Shown here: in pieces, positions 8,655-17,155 of the stretch
How positions within the stretch are numbered: the first letter of the stretch is position 1
Layout: each line of letters opens with the position of its first letter
DNA from: a virus
Taxonomy: Duplodnaviria > Caudoviricetes
Direction: 5' to 3' (one strand)
IMG/VR virus record: IMGVR_UViG_642791616_000001
Coordinates: 32,001 to 96,000 of that record
Length of the DNA: 64,000 nt
Made by a program: the position numbers and the translations under genes
The notes under the pieces: model-generated
What the model saw: the letters and a program-made list of their open reading frames with translations, nothing else
Database searches by the model: none
Told to the model about the DNA's origin: nothing

Positions 8655-9571
8655 AATGGTGGCTCCTCATTCAATGCAGACGGCTTTTCAAAATGTTCAT
8701 TTGATGGTTGTGGCTCAGGTTCTTCACGTTGCTTTATTTCAGGTGTTTCTTGGTGCTGTTCTGAATCTTCTTCAGGTTCATTGAAACCAACATCAATAAT
8801 TTCTGAATTAGCATTCTCACTAATTTCTTTTTTCACTTCATCCGGTGTAACATCAACCCTCTCATTGTCATACTCATTCTCGGTTGAATTATTGATTGCT
8901 TGGACAAGTAGATCGCTGTCATCACTTGTGTTTATATATCTTTTGGCAGCACGATTAATAACTGTTCTTTGGGCCATTTCCTGTGGAAACTTTTTCTGAA
9001 CCGCACCACTTGTTTTCGATTGACTCCAAGCAGTTTCGATTTCTTTCTTTGTCATCGGGGTTAGTAACTCAATGTCATCAATGGTTTTTACAACTGCATA
9101 TGCTCCAATGATGTCTTTATCTCGGTTTTCAAGCTTCGTTTCATGTTTAATGAGTTTTTCTTGCCCTCCATCAATCTCATATTCAAAGACATCCCCTTCA
9201 TAAATCACGTTTGACCATATATCCTTGACATTGGTCAAACGTTTCAGCACTGCTTGTGTGCCGAAATACGAGCGATTCATCTGCAATTTATTCCCGTACA
9301 CAATGAAATAACATTGAGTTTTTGCAGGGCTTAAACCTTGAACGACCATATCTAGCAAGGAATTGGCAATAGATTCTCTGGTGCAGACTTCTAAAGCGGG
9401 CCTCCCTGATTTATCCTTCACTTCTTGAAGTTTAAAAAAGGCGCTTTTCAAAGCATTGCTAGCATTATAGTTTGATGGAAGAACTAGGCCATCATCTTGT
9501 AATCTGCCTAGACTATTGTTCACATCATCAGTTATATCTTTTTGAACGTTTGCCAGTTGATTCTTACTCAT
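8651..9571 (-). CDS. recT: RecT-family single-strand annealing recombinase
   Basis: SIANSLLDMVVQGLSPAKTQCYFIVYG, SYFG, FPQEMAQRTV. Confidence 0.92.
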   Translation of the reverse strand: MSKNQLANVQKDITDDVNNSLGRLQDDGLVLPSNYNASNALKSAFFKLQEVKDKSGRPALEVCTRESIANSLLDMVVQGLSPAKTQCYFIVYGNKLQMNRSYFGTQAVLKRLTNVKDIWSNVIYEGDVFEYEIDGGQEKLIKHETKLENRDKDIIGAYAVVKTIDDIELLTPMTKKEIETAWSQSKTSGAVQKKFPQEMAQRTVINRAAKRYINTSDDSDLLVQAINNSTENEYDNERVDVTPDEVKKEISENANSEIIDVGFNEPEEDSEQHQETPEIKQREEPEPQPSNEHFEKPSALNEEPPF

Positions 9572-9809
9572 CCGTATCCTCCTCATAAATAAATCTGACC
9601 TTTTTGCCTTTATGCTCTCTTAGAAAGGTCTCTAGCATTTCAGCAAAATCCGTTGGACCTTTTAGATCTCTTTCCAAAATTGCATCTTCAGGACATTCAG
9701 AGAGCGGACGAACGTCCATGACCTGTTTACCATCAATCAGAAGTTTTTCACGTCTGCAATCTTCCCAACCTATACCTGAAAGAACTTTCACTTCTACCAC
9801 TTCACTCAT
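9564..9809 (-). CDS. Hypothetical phage protein
   Basis: 81-aa coupled ORF. Confidence 0.7.
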   Translation of the reverse strand: MSEVVEVKVLSGIGWEDCRREKLLIDGKQVMDVRPLSECPEDAILERDLKGPTDFAEMLETFLREHKGKKVRFIYEEDTDE

Positions 9810-11788
9810 GCGATCACCTCACAATCTACAGTCAGCAAGTTGTCTTCAGTCTCAACTCGCAGCTGCTTGTCCTTGTCGGATACTATCAAGCTAATAACTT
9901 GAGCATTCACATCGATAAGACACGTGACCGCCTCGCTGTTATCAACGAAGATCGGCGCAGAAATACCATAATGCTCATTTAACGTATTAATGATGTCTAA
10001 ACCGACATTAATACGTGCCGCATTGTTTAACCCTTTAGAGTAAGGCACGCCTTCATACAGCGTTTCACAGGTTTCTGTTAAGCCGCCGTTGACTTGCTCT
10101 TCAAAGAGCTTGAAGCGGGCAAATTTGAATTTGCTGTTTATCCGTTCTTCCATAAGGTTCATTTTGGTGCGTATAAACTCCTCAATGAGAAAAGTTTGTT
10201 GTTCTACCTCGTTATAATCCTCAGCCATTTTACGTTCTTCTTCCTTTAGCTCCTCAATTCGGTTGAGGGCTTTTTGAGCTTGATCGATGCGAGAAAGATC
10301 ATTACGGATCAAGGTCATTTCCTGCTGTTTTTCCTTGATCTGTTCATTAATCGATTGAACAGCTCCACTAGTCTCTTGTTCATCAGACTGGATCTCTTTA
10401 TTGATCTCCTCAATCTCCTCGATCTTGGCTAGGTAAAATGGATTATTGGAGAGCGGAGCAATGGACGCTTCAGCTTGCTCCATATCTTCTTTCAGTTTTT
10501 CAACGGCTGCTGTCGTAAATTTCTCTTTCATGATCAAAAGCTGAATCTTCTCATCAACCTCATATAACTCGTTCTGCTTATTGTCATATTCAATTCCTAA
10601 TTGCTTTCCCTTATCCACTATTCGCTCAAGGGAGGCGCTTTTTTGCAAATTGAATTTCTCAATAGCAGCTTGAATATTTTCTTCCGGCAGTGCTTGTCCG
10701 CATGTTGGACAATCTGTTTGATGATCCTCAAACGATTCTTCGTACTTTTTAGACCATTCCTCCCGCAACCCAACACGCTCTTTGTCTGTTTGAGACAAAA
10801 AGGATGTTAAGTGATCCTTTTTAGTTTTTAAGCTGTCAAGGTTATGCTTGATTTGAGAAAGATCGTTTTTCACTTTGTAGTAGGCTTCTTTTTTCTCATT
10901 CACTACCTGGAATCTTTCTGAGTCGTGGTCATTTTTTATTTGTTGCAGATCGCCTTCGAGCTGAAGCATACGCTTCTTACGATCTGCTCCTGCATCCGCT
11001 TTGATAGAGCGAGCTTCTTTCTCCATATCATCAATTGATGCCTGTATTGCTTTTAAGTCTTCTTTCAATTGCTCTTGGTTAAGAGTAGTTACATCTTCAA
11101 TAGAACGATTGATTTCATCGATTCTGACAGGATATTGCTCCAAGAGCTTATTGATCTTTTTACGTTTTTCAGCAAGGATGCTCTTTTGTTCATCAAGACT
11201 TCTTTCATCTAAAATTGAAGGGAGAGCGGATAAAGAACTGTTCTTTTTAATTACGTCCTCATCAGTCACAGCTCCGCCGATCTCCATGAGTACGCCCAAA
11301 CGATCCTGCCACTTCATTTGTTCGTTGAAATAACTTGGGGACGTAATGAGTTTGAAAATATCTTCAGAGATGATCTCATTGACCTTCTCAGCAAACTCTT
11401 TTTTCTTAACTGGTACACCATTCACATGATAATTGGTGGTATGGCCAGAAAAGACTTGCTTTGCTGATCCCCGTTTCTTGGTCCATTTCTCTGAATAGAC
11501 CTTTTTCAATTCAACGGACTTTCCATCGATTAAGAGTACAGCCGATACCTCATGATCAACGCCGCTTACCGCTTTGTTTTCCTTGGAAAGCGTCTTGATC
11601 TCAAAATCTTTTTTGTTTTGGCTGTCTTTATCAAAGAGCAACCACATGAAAGCATCAAACAACGTTGTTTTGCCTGTGGCGTTATCGCCATAGACCCTCG
11701 CGCTTTCTCCACCTGTTTCAAGGGTGAATGATTTTACACCCTTGAAATTTGATAGATGGAGTTCTGCCAACCTGATATTTTTGGTCAT
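9806..11788 (-). CDS. SMC/SbcC-like AAA ATPase
   Basis: NFKG, GDNATGKTT Walker A, coiled coil with CPTCGQ hook, PIFVDNSE Walker B. Confidence 0.9.
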   Translation of the reverse strand: MTKNIRLAELHLSNFKGVKSFTLETGGESARVYGDNATGKTTLFDAFMWLLFDKDSQNKKDFEIKTLSKENKAVSGVDHEVSAVLLIDGKSVELKKVYSEKWTKKRGSAKQVFSGHTTNYHVNGVPVKKKEFAEKVNEIISEDIFKLITSPSYFNEQMKWQDRLGVLMEIGGAVTDEDVIKKNSSLSALPSILDERSLDEQKSILAEKRKKINKLLEQYPVRIDEINRSIEDVTTLNQEQLKEDLKAIQASIDDMEKEARSIKADAGADRKKRMLQLEGDLQQIKNDHDSERFQVVNEKKEAYYKVKNDLSQIKHNLDSLKTKKDHLTSFLSQTDKERVGLREEWSKKYEESFEDHQTDCPTCGQALPEENIQAAIEKFNLQKSASLERIVDKGKQLGIEYDNKQNELYEVDEKIQLLIMKEKFTTAAVEKLKEDMEQAEASIAPLSNNPFYLAKIEEIEEINKEIQSDEQETSGAVQSINEQIKEKQQEMTLIRNDLSRIDQAQKALNRIEELKEEERKMAEDYNEVEQQTFLIEEFIRTKMNLMEERINSKFKFARFKLFEEQVNGGLTETCETLYEGVPYSKGLNNAARINVGLDIINTLNEHYGISAPIFVDNSEAVTCLIDVNAQVISLIVSDKDKQLRVETEDNLLTVDCEVIA

Positions 11789-11801
11789 GAACAAGCCTCC
11801 A

Positions 11802-11892
11802 TTGATTTACAGTGCCAACCTGCTATAATAGGGGTTGACACTTTATTCTGTAATTTTTGGGAAAGGTTCACTTGTGGGAGTGAACCTTTTTA
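11802..11892 (+). ncRNA. Putative short antisense RNA unit 2 (promoter plus terminator)
   Basis: TTGATT-16-TATAAT with TG extension (11821-11829); hairpin AAAGGTTCACT/AGTGAACCTTT plus T-tract. Confidence 0.55.
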
Positions 11893-12108
11893 ATTTTCAT
11901 TCACAAATTTGAAGTCAAGTTTCTCCTTCAAATAGCGGTTCAAATTGTCTAAGAGGATCATTTCTCCAACATTCTCATCAATGACATACTCATCATTTGA
12001 GAAAATCTCATCCCCGAAGTAGTCAGTTCCAACAACATCAACCACTTCAATTCCTTTTGGATAACCAGTGGCATTTATTTGAGTGATCATTGGATGTTCA
12101 ATGTTCAT
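11890..12108 (-). CDS. YqaI-like phage protein
   Basis: EHPMITQINATGYP...DYFGDEI pattern. Confidence 0.7.
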   Translation of the reverse strand: MNIEHPMITQINATGYPKGIEVVDVVGTDYFGDEIFSNDEYVIDENVGEMILLDNLNRYLKEKLDFKFVNEN

Positions 12109-12299
12109 GCTAAAACACCAATCTTTCTTCTGATCGCATCAGCAGTGAGCTTTTTATATTCTTCATATGACTCTTGATTCGGGAAAAAGAAAATAGGTTC
12201 CCCATGAAAAGTAATCACAATTTTCCCTCCAACTTTCGCTAAACGGACTTGATCGCCACGTCTTTCTGAAAAAGGTTGAAGAACAGGTTTTTCTCTCAT
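12105..12299 (-). CDS. Hypothetical phage protein
   Basis: 64-aa ORF with GGAGG RBS. Confidence 0.7.
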   Translation of the reverse strand: MREKPVLQPFSERRGDQVRLAKVGGKIVITFHGEPIFFFPNQESYEEYKKLTADAIRRKIGVLA

Positions 12300-12328
12300 T
12301 ACTTTTTCCTCCTATGATTTATTGATGC

Positions 12329-12433
12329 TTATTCGCATCGTCCGACTGCGGATGGTGTTCATTTGGAATGGATGAGTGTGTGTGTGCATATATTCCATCC
12401 GCAAGCCGGACGACAAGAATAATACTTGTCGTG
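12329..12433. other. Long intergenic stem-loop with a competing alternative hairpin
   Basis: TCGTCCG/CGGACGA and TGCGGATGG/CCATCCGCA stems; alternative ACGACAAG/CTTGTCGT. Confidence 0.6.
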
Positions 12434-12515
12434 CTCTTTAAAGAGCGATATAATAAATTCGATCATTTCGATATTCATGAACTAAGCAGTGAGTGTAGGA
12501 GCTTGCTGCTTTTTT
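12426..12515 (+). ncRNA. Putative short antisense RNA unit 3 (promoter plus terminator)
   Basis: TTGTCG-17-TATAAT (12426-12454); hairpin AAGCAGTGAGT/GCTTGCTGCTT plus T-tract. Confidence 0.55.
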
Positions 12516-12658
12516 CTTTGTTCAAATTCCATACGTGACTTTAATTGCGTTTCGATTTGAGCCAGTGCAATTTCTCCTTCCTCGCTGAACCGCTCATTAC
12601 ATACCTCAATGACTTCCTTTGCTTTCATTAACTTGCTTGCCACAAATACAAACTTCAT
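12482..12658 (-). CDS. Hypothetical protein (58 aa, below ORF-track cutoff)
   Basis: MKFVFVASKLMKAKEV...QQAPTLTA; starts directly after the upstream stop. Confidence 0.65.
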   Translation of the reverse strand: MKFVFVASKLMKAKEVIEVCNERFSEEGEIALAQIETQLKSRMEFEQRKKQQAPTLTA

Positions 12659-12940
12659 CTAAATCAATCCTTTCATTTTGTTTTTTAGTGATTTTGGATA
12701 TGTTACTGATGTAATCTTTGCAGATGCTTTCAAAAGTTGAATCTTGGCTTCTTTCTCATAGCGCTGAATTTGTTTTAATGATTTAGCAATATCTTTGTGA
12801 GCTGCCAATGCTGTATCTGTATCAGCACTCTCTAATGCATTCATCAATCGTTTTTGTAATGTTTCGATGCAGATCATTTCTCTTGTTATCGCATCGTTAT
12901 TAATGCTTTTGAAAATCGAATTTCGTTTCTTCATCTTCAT
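12659..12940 (-). CDS. Hypothetical phage protein
   Basis: 93-aa coupled ORF. Confidence 0.7.
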   Translation of the reverse strand: MKMKKRNSIFKSINNDAITREMICIETLQKRLMNALESADTDTALAAHKDIAKSLKQIQRYEKEAKIQLLKASAKITSVTYPKSLKNKMKGLI

Positions 12941-13194
12941 CCTCCGAACAGGGCCATAATGGCGGTAATTTGCTGTGTGACTGCCAGTGGATCAATGCCG
13001 CATAATGTAGCAATCATTGCTTCTTTCGCATTAGTTGCTTCCATCCACCTGACGTATGTAGGTACATCAAGTACCTTCATATCATTTTCGATTTTTGATA
13101 TGCAGCTTCGAGAGCGGCTAAGCATTTCCGCAAGTTTCTCTTGGGAAATGCCTGCTTGCACTCGGGCTTTCCGAAGCACCACACCCAACTTCAA
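12937..13194 (-). CDS. XRE-family HTH protein
   Basis: LRKARVQAGISQEKLAEMLSRSRSCISKIEN. Confidence 0.85.
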   Translation of the reverse strand: MKLGVVLRKARVQAGISQEKLAEMLSRSRSCISKIENDMKVLDVPTYVRWMEATNAKEAMIATLCGIDPLAVTQQITAIMALFGG

Positions 13195-13290
13195 AAGCTC
13201 TCCACCCCCTTTCAGTGTTCCTATCTGGAACATGTTCCGAATTGGAACAGGAAATCTCATATATCCGCTGTATTCTAAGGTGGTAAATTC

Positions 13291-13488
13291 TTAATCAATC
13301 ACTGGCTGAAAGTTGGATTCCATTTGTGCTAATTGCCATTCTTCAAGAACTTCTCTTTTAAATAAAATTCTTTTTCTTACTCGGAAGAATGGTATTTGCC
13401 GCTCTTTCACCATTGTGTAAACAGTGTCATGATGGACTCCAAGAAAATCAGCCGTTTCTTGAACGTTCATAGTTGATTTTGTTGGCAT
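13291..13488 (-). CDS. Excisionase-like HTH_17 protein
   Basis: MNVQETADFLGVHHDTVYTMVKERQIPFFRV..RILF. Confidence 0.88.
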   Translation of the reverse strand: MPTKSTMNVQETADFLGVHHDTVYTMVKERQIPFFRVRKRILFKREVLEEWQLAQMESNFQPVID

Positions 13489-13542
13489 TTTAAAAACCTC
13501 CTTCAGAATTTGTAAACCATAAGAACCGCAAAAATCAATTTA

Positions 13543-13782
13543 TTAACCGGTATTCTCTTTTTCATTTTGTAACTCTTGTGTACCACTCGACTCAAAAAAA
13601 ATATCCCTTGGATCTTTATTTAAAACACTTGCAATTCTCAGCATAGTGAAACCAGATGGCTCTTGTCCGTGAAGCTCAATTTTCGTAATGTTTGCGCGAG
13701 ACATTTCAGTTCTTCTTGCCAATTCAGATATTGACATTCCAACACCTTTTCTGATCTCACGTAATCTGTTAGTGAAAACCAT
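13543..13782 (-). CDS. Cro-like XRE regulator
   Basis: NRLREIRKGVGMSISELARRTEMSRANITKIE; divergent from repressor. Confidence 0.88.
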   Translation of the reverse strand: MVFTNRLREIRKGVGMSISELARRTEMSRANITKIELHGQEPSGFTMLRIASVLNKDPRDIFFESSGTQELQNEKENTG

Positions 13783-13892
13783 GTGTTACACCTCCTTGAA
13801 CAAATAGTAACACAAGGTTTACAGTAGTGTCAATCATGATTTACACATTTTTTGTTTTAAAGAATTTAAATATAATGTAAACTACGTATTAC
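13773..13892. promoter_or_regulatory. Lysis-lysogeny switch: divergent promoters and 17-bp operators
   Basis: Related TGTAAAC-N-GT(G/A)TTAC sites at 13773, 13807, 13829, 13876; minus-strand TTGACA-18-TACTAT; plus-strand TATAAT at 13871. Confidence 0.75.
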
Positions 13893-13894
13893 AG

Positions 13895-14323
13895 GTGATG
13901 CTAATGTCCAAACTTGGAGAATATTTGATAAAAGCAAGAGGAAAACTGTCTCAAAGAGAAGCTGCCAAACGAATTGGCATAAGTCATACCTACCTTGGGA
14001 AAATTGAAAATGGGAAAGACCCAAGAACAGGTAAAGAAATCAAACCAACTCCAGAAACACTAAAATTAATTTCTAAAGCATATCAATGTGATTATGAAGA
14101 ATTAATGATCAAAGCTGGTTACATCGATGAGAGTGAGACAAGTAATTCTGAAAGTCCCAAACTGACTCAGTATCAAAGAAAGATTTATGAGTGGGCAAAA
14201 TCCCATGACGGATTGTTCTTTGATAGTAAACCGGAAGATGTGGAAGAATTAATTGAAGAATTTGAAGTGGTATACGAGTTGTTTAAAAAGAGAAAAGAGA
14301 GAGAAAAAAAACAGAACAAATGA
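13895..14323 (+). CDS. CI/ImmR-like XRE repressor
   Basis: LSQREAAKRIGISHTYLGKIENG...PTPETLKLIS. Confidence 0.9.
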   Translation: MMLMSKLGEYLIKARGKLSQREAAKRIGISHTYLGKIENGKDPRTGKEIKPTPETLKLISKAYQCDYEELMIKAGYIDESETSNSESPKLTQYQRKIYEWAKSHDGLFFDSKPEDVEELIEEFEVVYELFKKRKEREKKQNK

Positions 14324-14341
14324 TTCCTTTAGGGGGCAATT

Positions 14342-14992
14342 ATGAGGAAGAAATCAATGTTTGTAATTTGCCTATCATTGCTCGTTCTCTTAGCTGGATG
14401 TAACTCAACTAAGACGACAGATGAACCTTCTGCAAACTCACAAGAAAAAGTTTCAGAGAAAAAGCAAAAAGAAGCAAATGAAAAACAGACAAATGACAGT
14501 TACAAAGATGATGAAACAGGAGAATTATTTAATTACTTAAAAAGCCAAGAAAAAATTAAATCACAGAAAATGGGCCCGCTCAATATAAATTTTGAACATG
14601 TCAACTTAATGAAGTTGTCAAATATTCCTGATGATCGACTAACTGAATATCAAAGTTTAATTGATTTTGAATTAACAAACCCTTTTCATTTTATTGATAT
14701 TAAATTTTCTGTAGAGAATACAGATAAAGAAACTATCAATTTTTCTGGTATTAGTCATTTAATTTTAAACACTAAAGAACAGATTAAGGTCAGTAATAAT
14801 AACCTTTATACTGACATTGAACAATATGATATGAAACTTTTTGGTAATGCGAAAAGAGAATATCAAATTGCTGTACCTATTGATTCTGATGTTTCTAAAA
14901 TACAAAGCGTTAGAATTGTGATGAGTGCTCCATTTGACGAAAATTTGGATAGCGTTTCCGAACCAAAAGAATTAACAGTTAATTTAAAATAA
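14342..14992 (+). CDS. Lipoprotein of the lysogeny module
   Basis: Lipobox LAGC after hydrophobic stretch; low-complexity linker. Confidence 0.85.
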   Translation: MRKKSMFVICLSLLVLLAGCNSTKTTDEPSANSQEKVSEKKQKEANEKQTNDSYKDDETGELFNYLKSQEKIKSQKMGPLNINFEHVNLMKLSNIPDDRLTEYQSLIDFELTNPFHFIDIKFSVENTDKETINFSGISHLILNTKEQIKVSNNNLYTDIEQYDMKLFGNAKREYQIAVPIDSDVSKIQSVRIVMSAPFDENLDSVSEPKELTVNLK

Positions 14993-15027
14993 ATGCTCGA
15001 TAAGAGTATTTATTTTTACCCAAAAAT

Positions 15028-15041
15028 AGAACACCAGTTCC
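15028..15041. promoter_or_regulatory. LexA/DinR (SOS) box upstream of immA-like gene
   Basis: AGAACACCAGTTCC matches GAAC-N4-GTTC. Confidence 0.7.
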
Positions 15042-15051
15042 CGAAACTAAC

Positions 15052-15564
15052 TTGAAGGAGCTTATTAAATTGAAATATATCTATACTCATTTAGAAGATA
15101 ACGTTAATAGACTATATGCAGAAATGAAAATCTTAAATCCTTCTGAACAATCTATTGATACTATTTCTGAAAAATTAGGGATTGAAGTTTGTTATAAAGA
15201 CATTTCATCAAGAGCCATAATTAATAAGGATACCCAAATTATTATCTTAGATAAGAGATTGAATAAAAGCATTAGATGGGAAAAGTTTTGTCATGAAGTT
15301 GGCCACATTCTTTTTCATAAGGGAAATCAACTGATGATGCCCGATTCATTTAGGTTATATCAAGAATGGAAGTCGAATAATTTTATGTACCATTTTGCAG
15401 TACCAACTTTTATGTTGAGATCAGTAAATATACCTGTAGACCCTGACCAAGCAATTCAATTTTTAACTAAAACTTTTAAAGTCACTCCATCATTTGCGAA
15501 GCATCGATTAAACCTTTACAATCAAAAAGTTTTTTCTCAGACAAGGAGCGTTTTATATGGCTAG
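15052..15564 (+). CDS. ImmA/IrrE-family metallopeptidase (anti-repressor)
   Basis: HEVGH...QE motif; directly upstream of integrase; true start may be TTG at 15070. Confidence 0.9.
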   Translation: MKELIKLKYIYTHLEDNVNRLYAEMKILNPSEQSIDTISEKLGIEVCYKDISSRAIINKDTQIIILDKRLNKSIRWEKFCHEVGHILFHKGNQLMMPDSFRLYQEWKSNNFMYHFAVPTFMLRSVNIPVDPDQAIQFLTKTFKVTPSFAKHRLNLYNQKVFSQTRSVLYG

Positions 15565-16840
15565 CATTGAAAAAAGAGGCAGCAATTCTTTTAGATTAGT
15601 TGTTGAAACTGGATATGATGCTAATGGCAAAAGGTTAAGAAAATATAAAACTATTCGTATAGAAGATCATAAACTGTTAAAAACAAAAAGAAAATTGCAG
15701 GAATACCTTTCGGATCAACTCTATCAGTTCAAGATGGAAGTGAATTCTGGAGAATATATCGAACCAGAAAAACTAACCTTTGAATCCTTCATCTATAAGT
15801 GGAAAGAAAAAAAGCTCTACCAAAAGAGTGGAAAACCTTATTCTTTGACAACATCGGATGTTTATTGGAGTCTCTTAAAAAATCACATTCTCCCCGTTTT
15901 TGGACATATGAGGATAGAACGGATAAAGAGTTTACATATCGTAGACTTTTTAGATGATTTATCAAAGGATGGCGCGAGAAAAGATGGAAAGCCAGGAGGA
16001 TTAGGAGAGAGAACAATATTAGATATTTTTAAATTACTGCAGGTAGTTTTTAAAACCGCAGCTGAAGAATGGAAGATTATCAAGATTGATCCAATGAAGG
16101 GATTGCCCTTGCCAGTCAACGAGAAGAAGGAAATGAACTATTTCGAAGCGGATGAAGCTGCTCAATGTATTAAGATTCTATATGAAGAAGTTGATATTAA
16201 ATGGAGACTTTATTTCTTAGCAGCGATGATAGGTGGATTGAGACGAGGCGAAGGTCTTGCACTTGAATGGCATTTAGACGTGGATTGGGATGCTGGTGGA
16301 TTTAAAATTAATCGTTCACTTTCAAAGACAATTCAAGGAAAACCGCATGTAAAAGACCCTAAGTCTAAAAGTTCAAAACGGTTTGTGCAGATGCCGGATT
16401 GGTATATGAATGAGCTGTCACTTTATTATCATATGTGGAAAAGAGAAAAGGAAAAGCTAGATGATGCCTGGGAGGGCGGAGATCATCAATACATTTTTCA
16501 TAGTGGGTTTGGAAAGCCCTATTATTTCACAACACCTACTACCAAATGGAATCGAATCACGCAAAAATATAAAATAAAAAATATCCGTTTACATGATTTG
16601 CGTCACACTATGGTTGCTTTATTAATGGAAGCTGGCGAAAGCATTAGCGCTATTCAAAGACGTGCCGGACACGCTAGCGCCAGAACAACATCTGATATAT
16701 ACGGCCATGTAACAGATGAAATGAAAAAGAGTGCAGCAAATCACTTTAACAAGTTTGATCCTAAACATCTGAGGAACACAAATTCAGAGAGAGGAAATTT
16801 CCGTCCCCAAGTCGTCCCCAAGGTTAAAAATAATGCTTAA
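15557..16840 (+). CDS. Tyrosine integrase of prophage 1 (ICEBs1-like N-terminus)
   Basis: MASIEKRG N-terminus, GLRRGE, HDLRHT, GH, Y. Confidence 0.96.
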   Translation: MASIEKRGSNSFRLVVETGYDANGKRLRKYKTIRIEDHKLLKTKRKLQEYLSDQLYQFKMEVNSGEYIEPEKLTFESFIYKWKEKKLYQKSGKPYSLTTSDVYWSLLKNHILPVFGHMRIERIKSLHIVDFLDDLSKDGARKDGKPGGLGERTILDIFKLLQVVFKTAAEEWKIIKIDPMKGLPLPVNEKKEMNYFEADEAAQCIKILYEEVDIKWRLYFLAAMIGGLRRGEGLALEWHLDVDWDAGGFKINRSLSKTIQGKPHVKDPKSKSSKRFVQMPDWYMNELSLYYHMWKREKEKLDDAWEGGDHQYIFHSGFGKPYYFTTPTTKWNRITQKYKIKNIRLHDLRHTMVALLMEAGESISAIQRRAGHASARTTSDIYGHVTDEMKKSAANHFNKFDPKHLRNTNSERGNFRPQVVPKVKNNA

Positions 16841-16907
16841 TACAAATTTGAGAGATTTCTCATTAAAAATAAAAAAATAGCCTTCCCCCTTGTATTCTAA
16901 GGGGGAA
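16802..16907. repeat. Putative att arm repeats and inverted repeat at prophage 1 right end
   Basis: CGTCCCCAAG twice (16802, 16813); TTCCCCCTT-7 bp-AAGGGGGAA (16883-16907). Confidence 0.55.
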
Positions 16908-16918
16908 TTAAATATAAT
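16890..16918 (+). promoter_or_regulatory. SigA promoter of tRNA-Ala
   Basis: TTGTAT-17-TATAAT with upstream A-tract. Confidence 0.8.
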
Positions 16919-16938
16919 AATATTTGTTGAAACATCCC

Positions 16939-17011
16939 GGGGCATTAGCTCAGCTGGGAGAGCGCTACGCTGGCAGCGTAGAGGTCAGCGGTTCGATCCC
17001 GCTATGCTCCA
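16939..17011 (+). tRNA. tRNA-Ala (anticodon GGC); CCA not encoded; probable attB of prophage 2
   Basis: GGGGCATTAGCTCAGCTGGGAGAGCGCTACGCTGGCAGCGTAGAGGTCAGCGGTTCGATCCCGCTATGCTCCA cloverleaf with G3-U70. Confidence 0.98.
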
Positions 17012-17155
17012 TACTCCGGTTTAACGGCGGTATATCAACGTTTGCTTAACGGTGACTTAAGCGATGACTTATCGTAGTGTACCGCTCCTATAACGCGCAG
17101 TGAAGCGCACCGGTAAATCGATCGTCTTCTATACGAAATAGGAGGCGATTTTTTA

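Larger units (their letters stand above)
1..16880. mobile_element. Prophage 1 (lysogeny and early/replication part; continues left of the window)
   Basis: Contiguous integrase-ImmA-repressor / cro-xis-recT-rep-dnaB-ruvC-arpU phage gene order; right boundary approximate. Confidence 0.95.
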
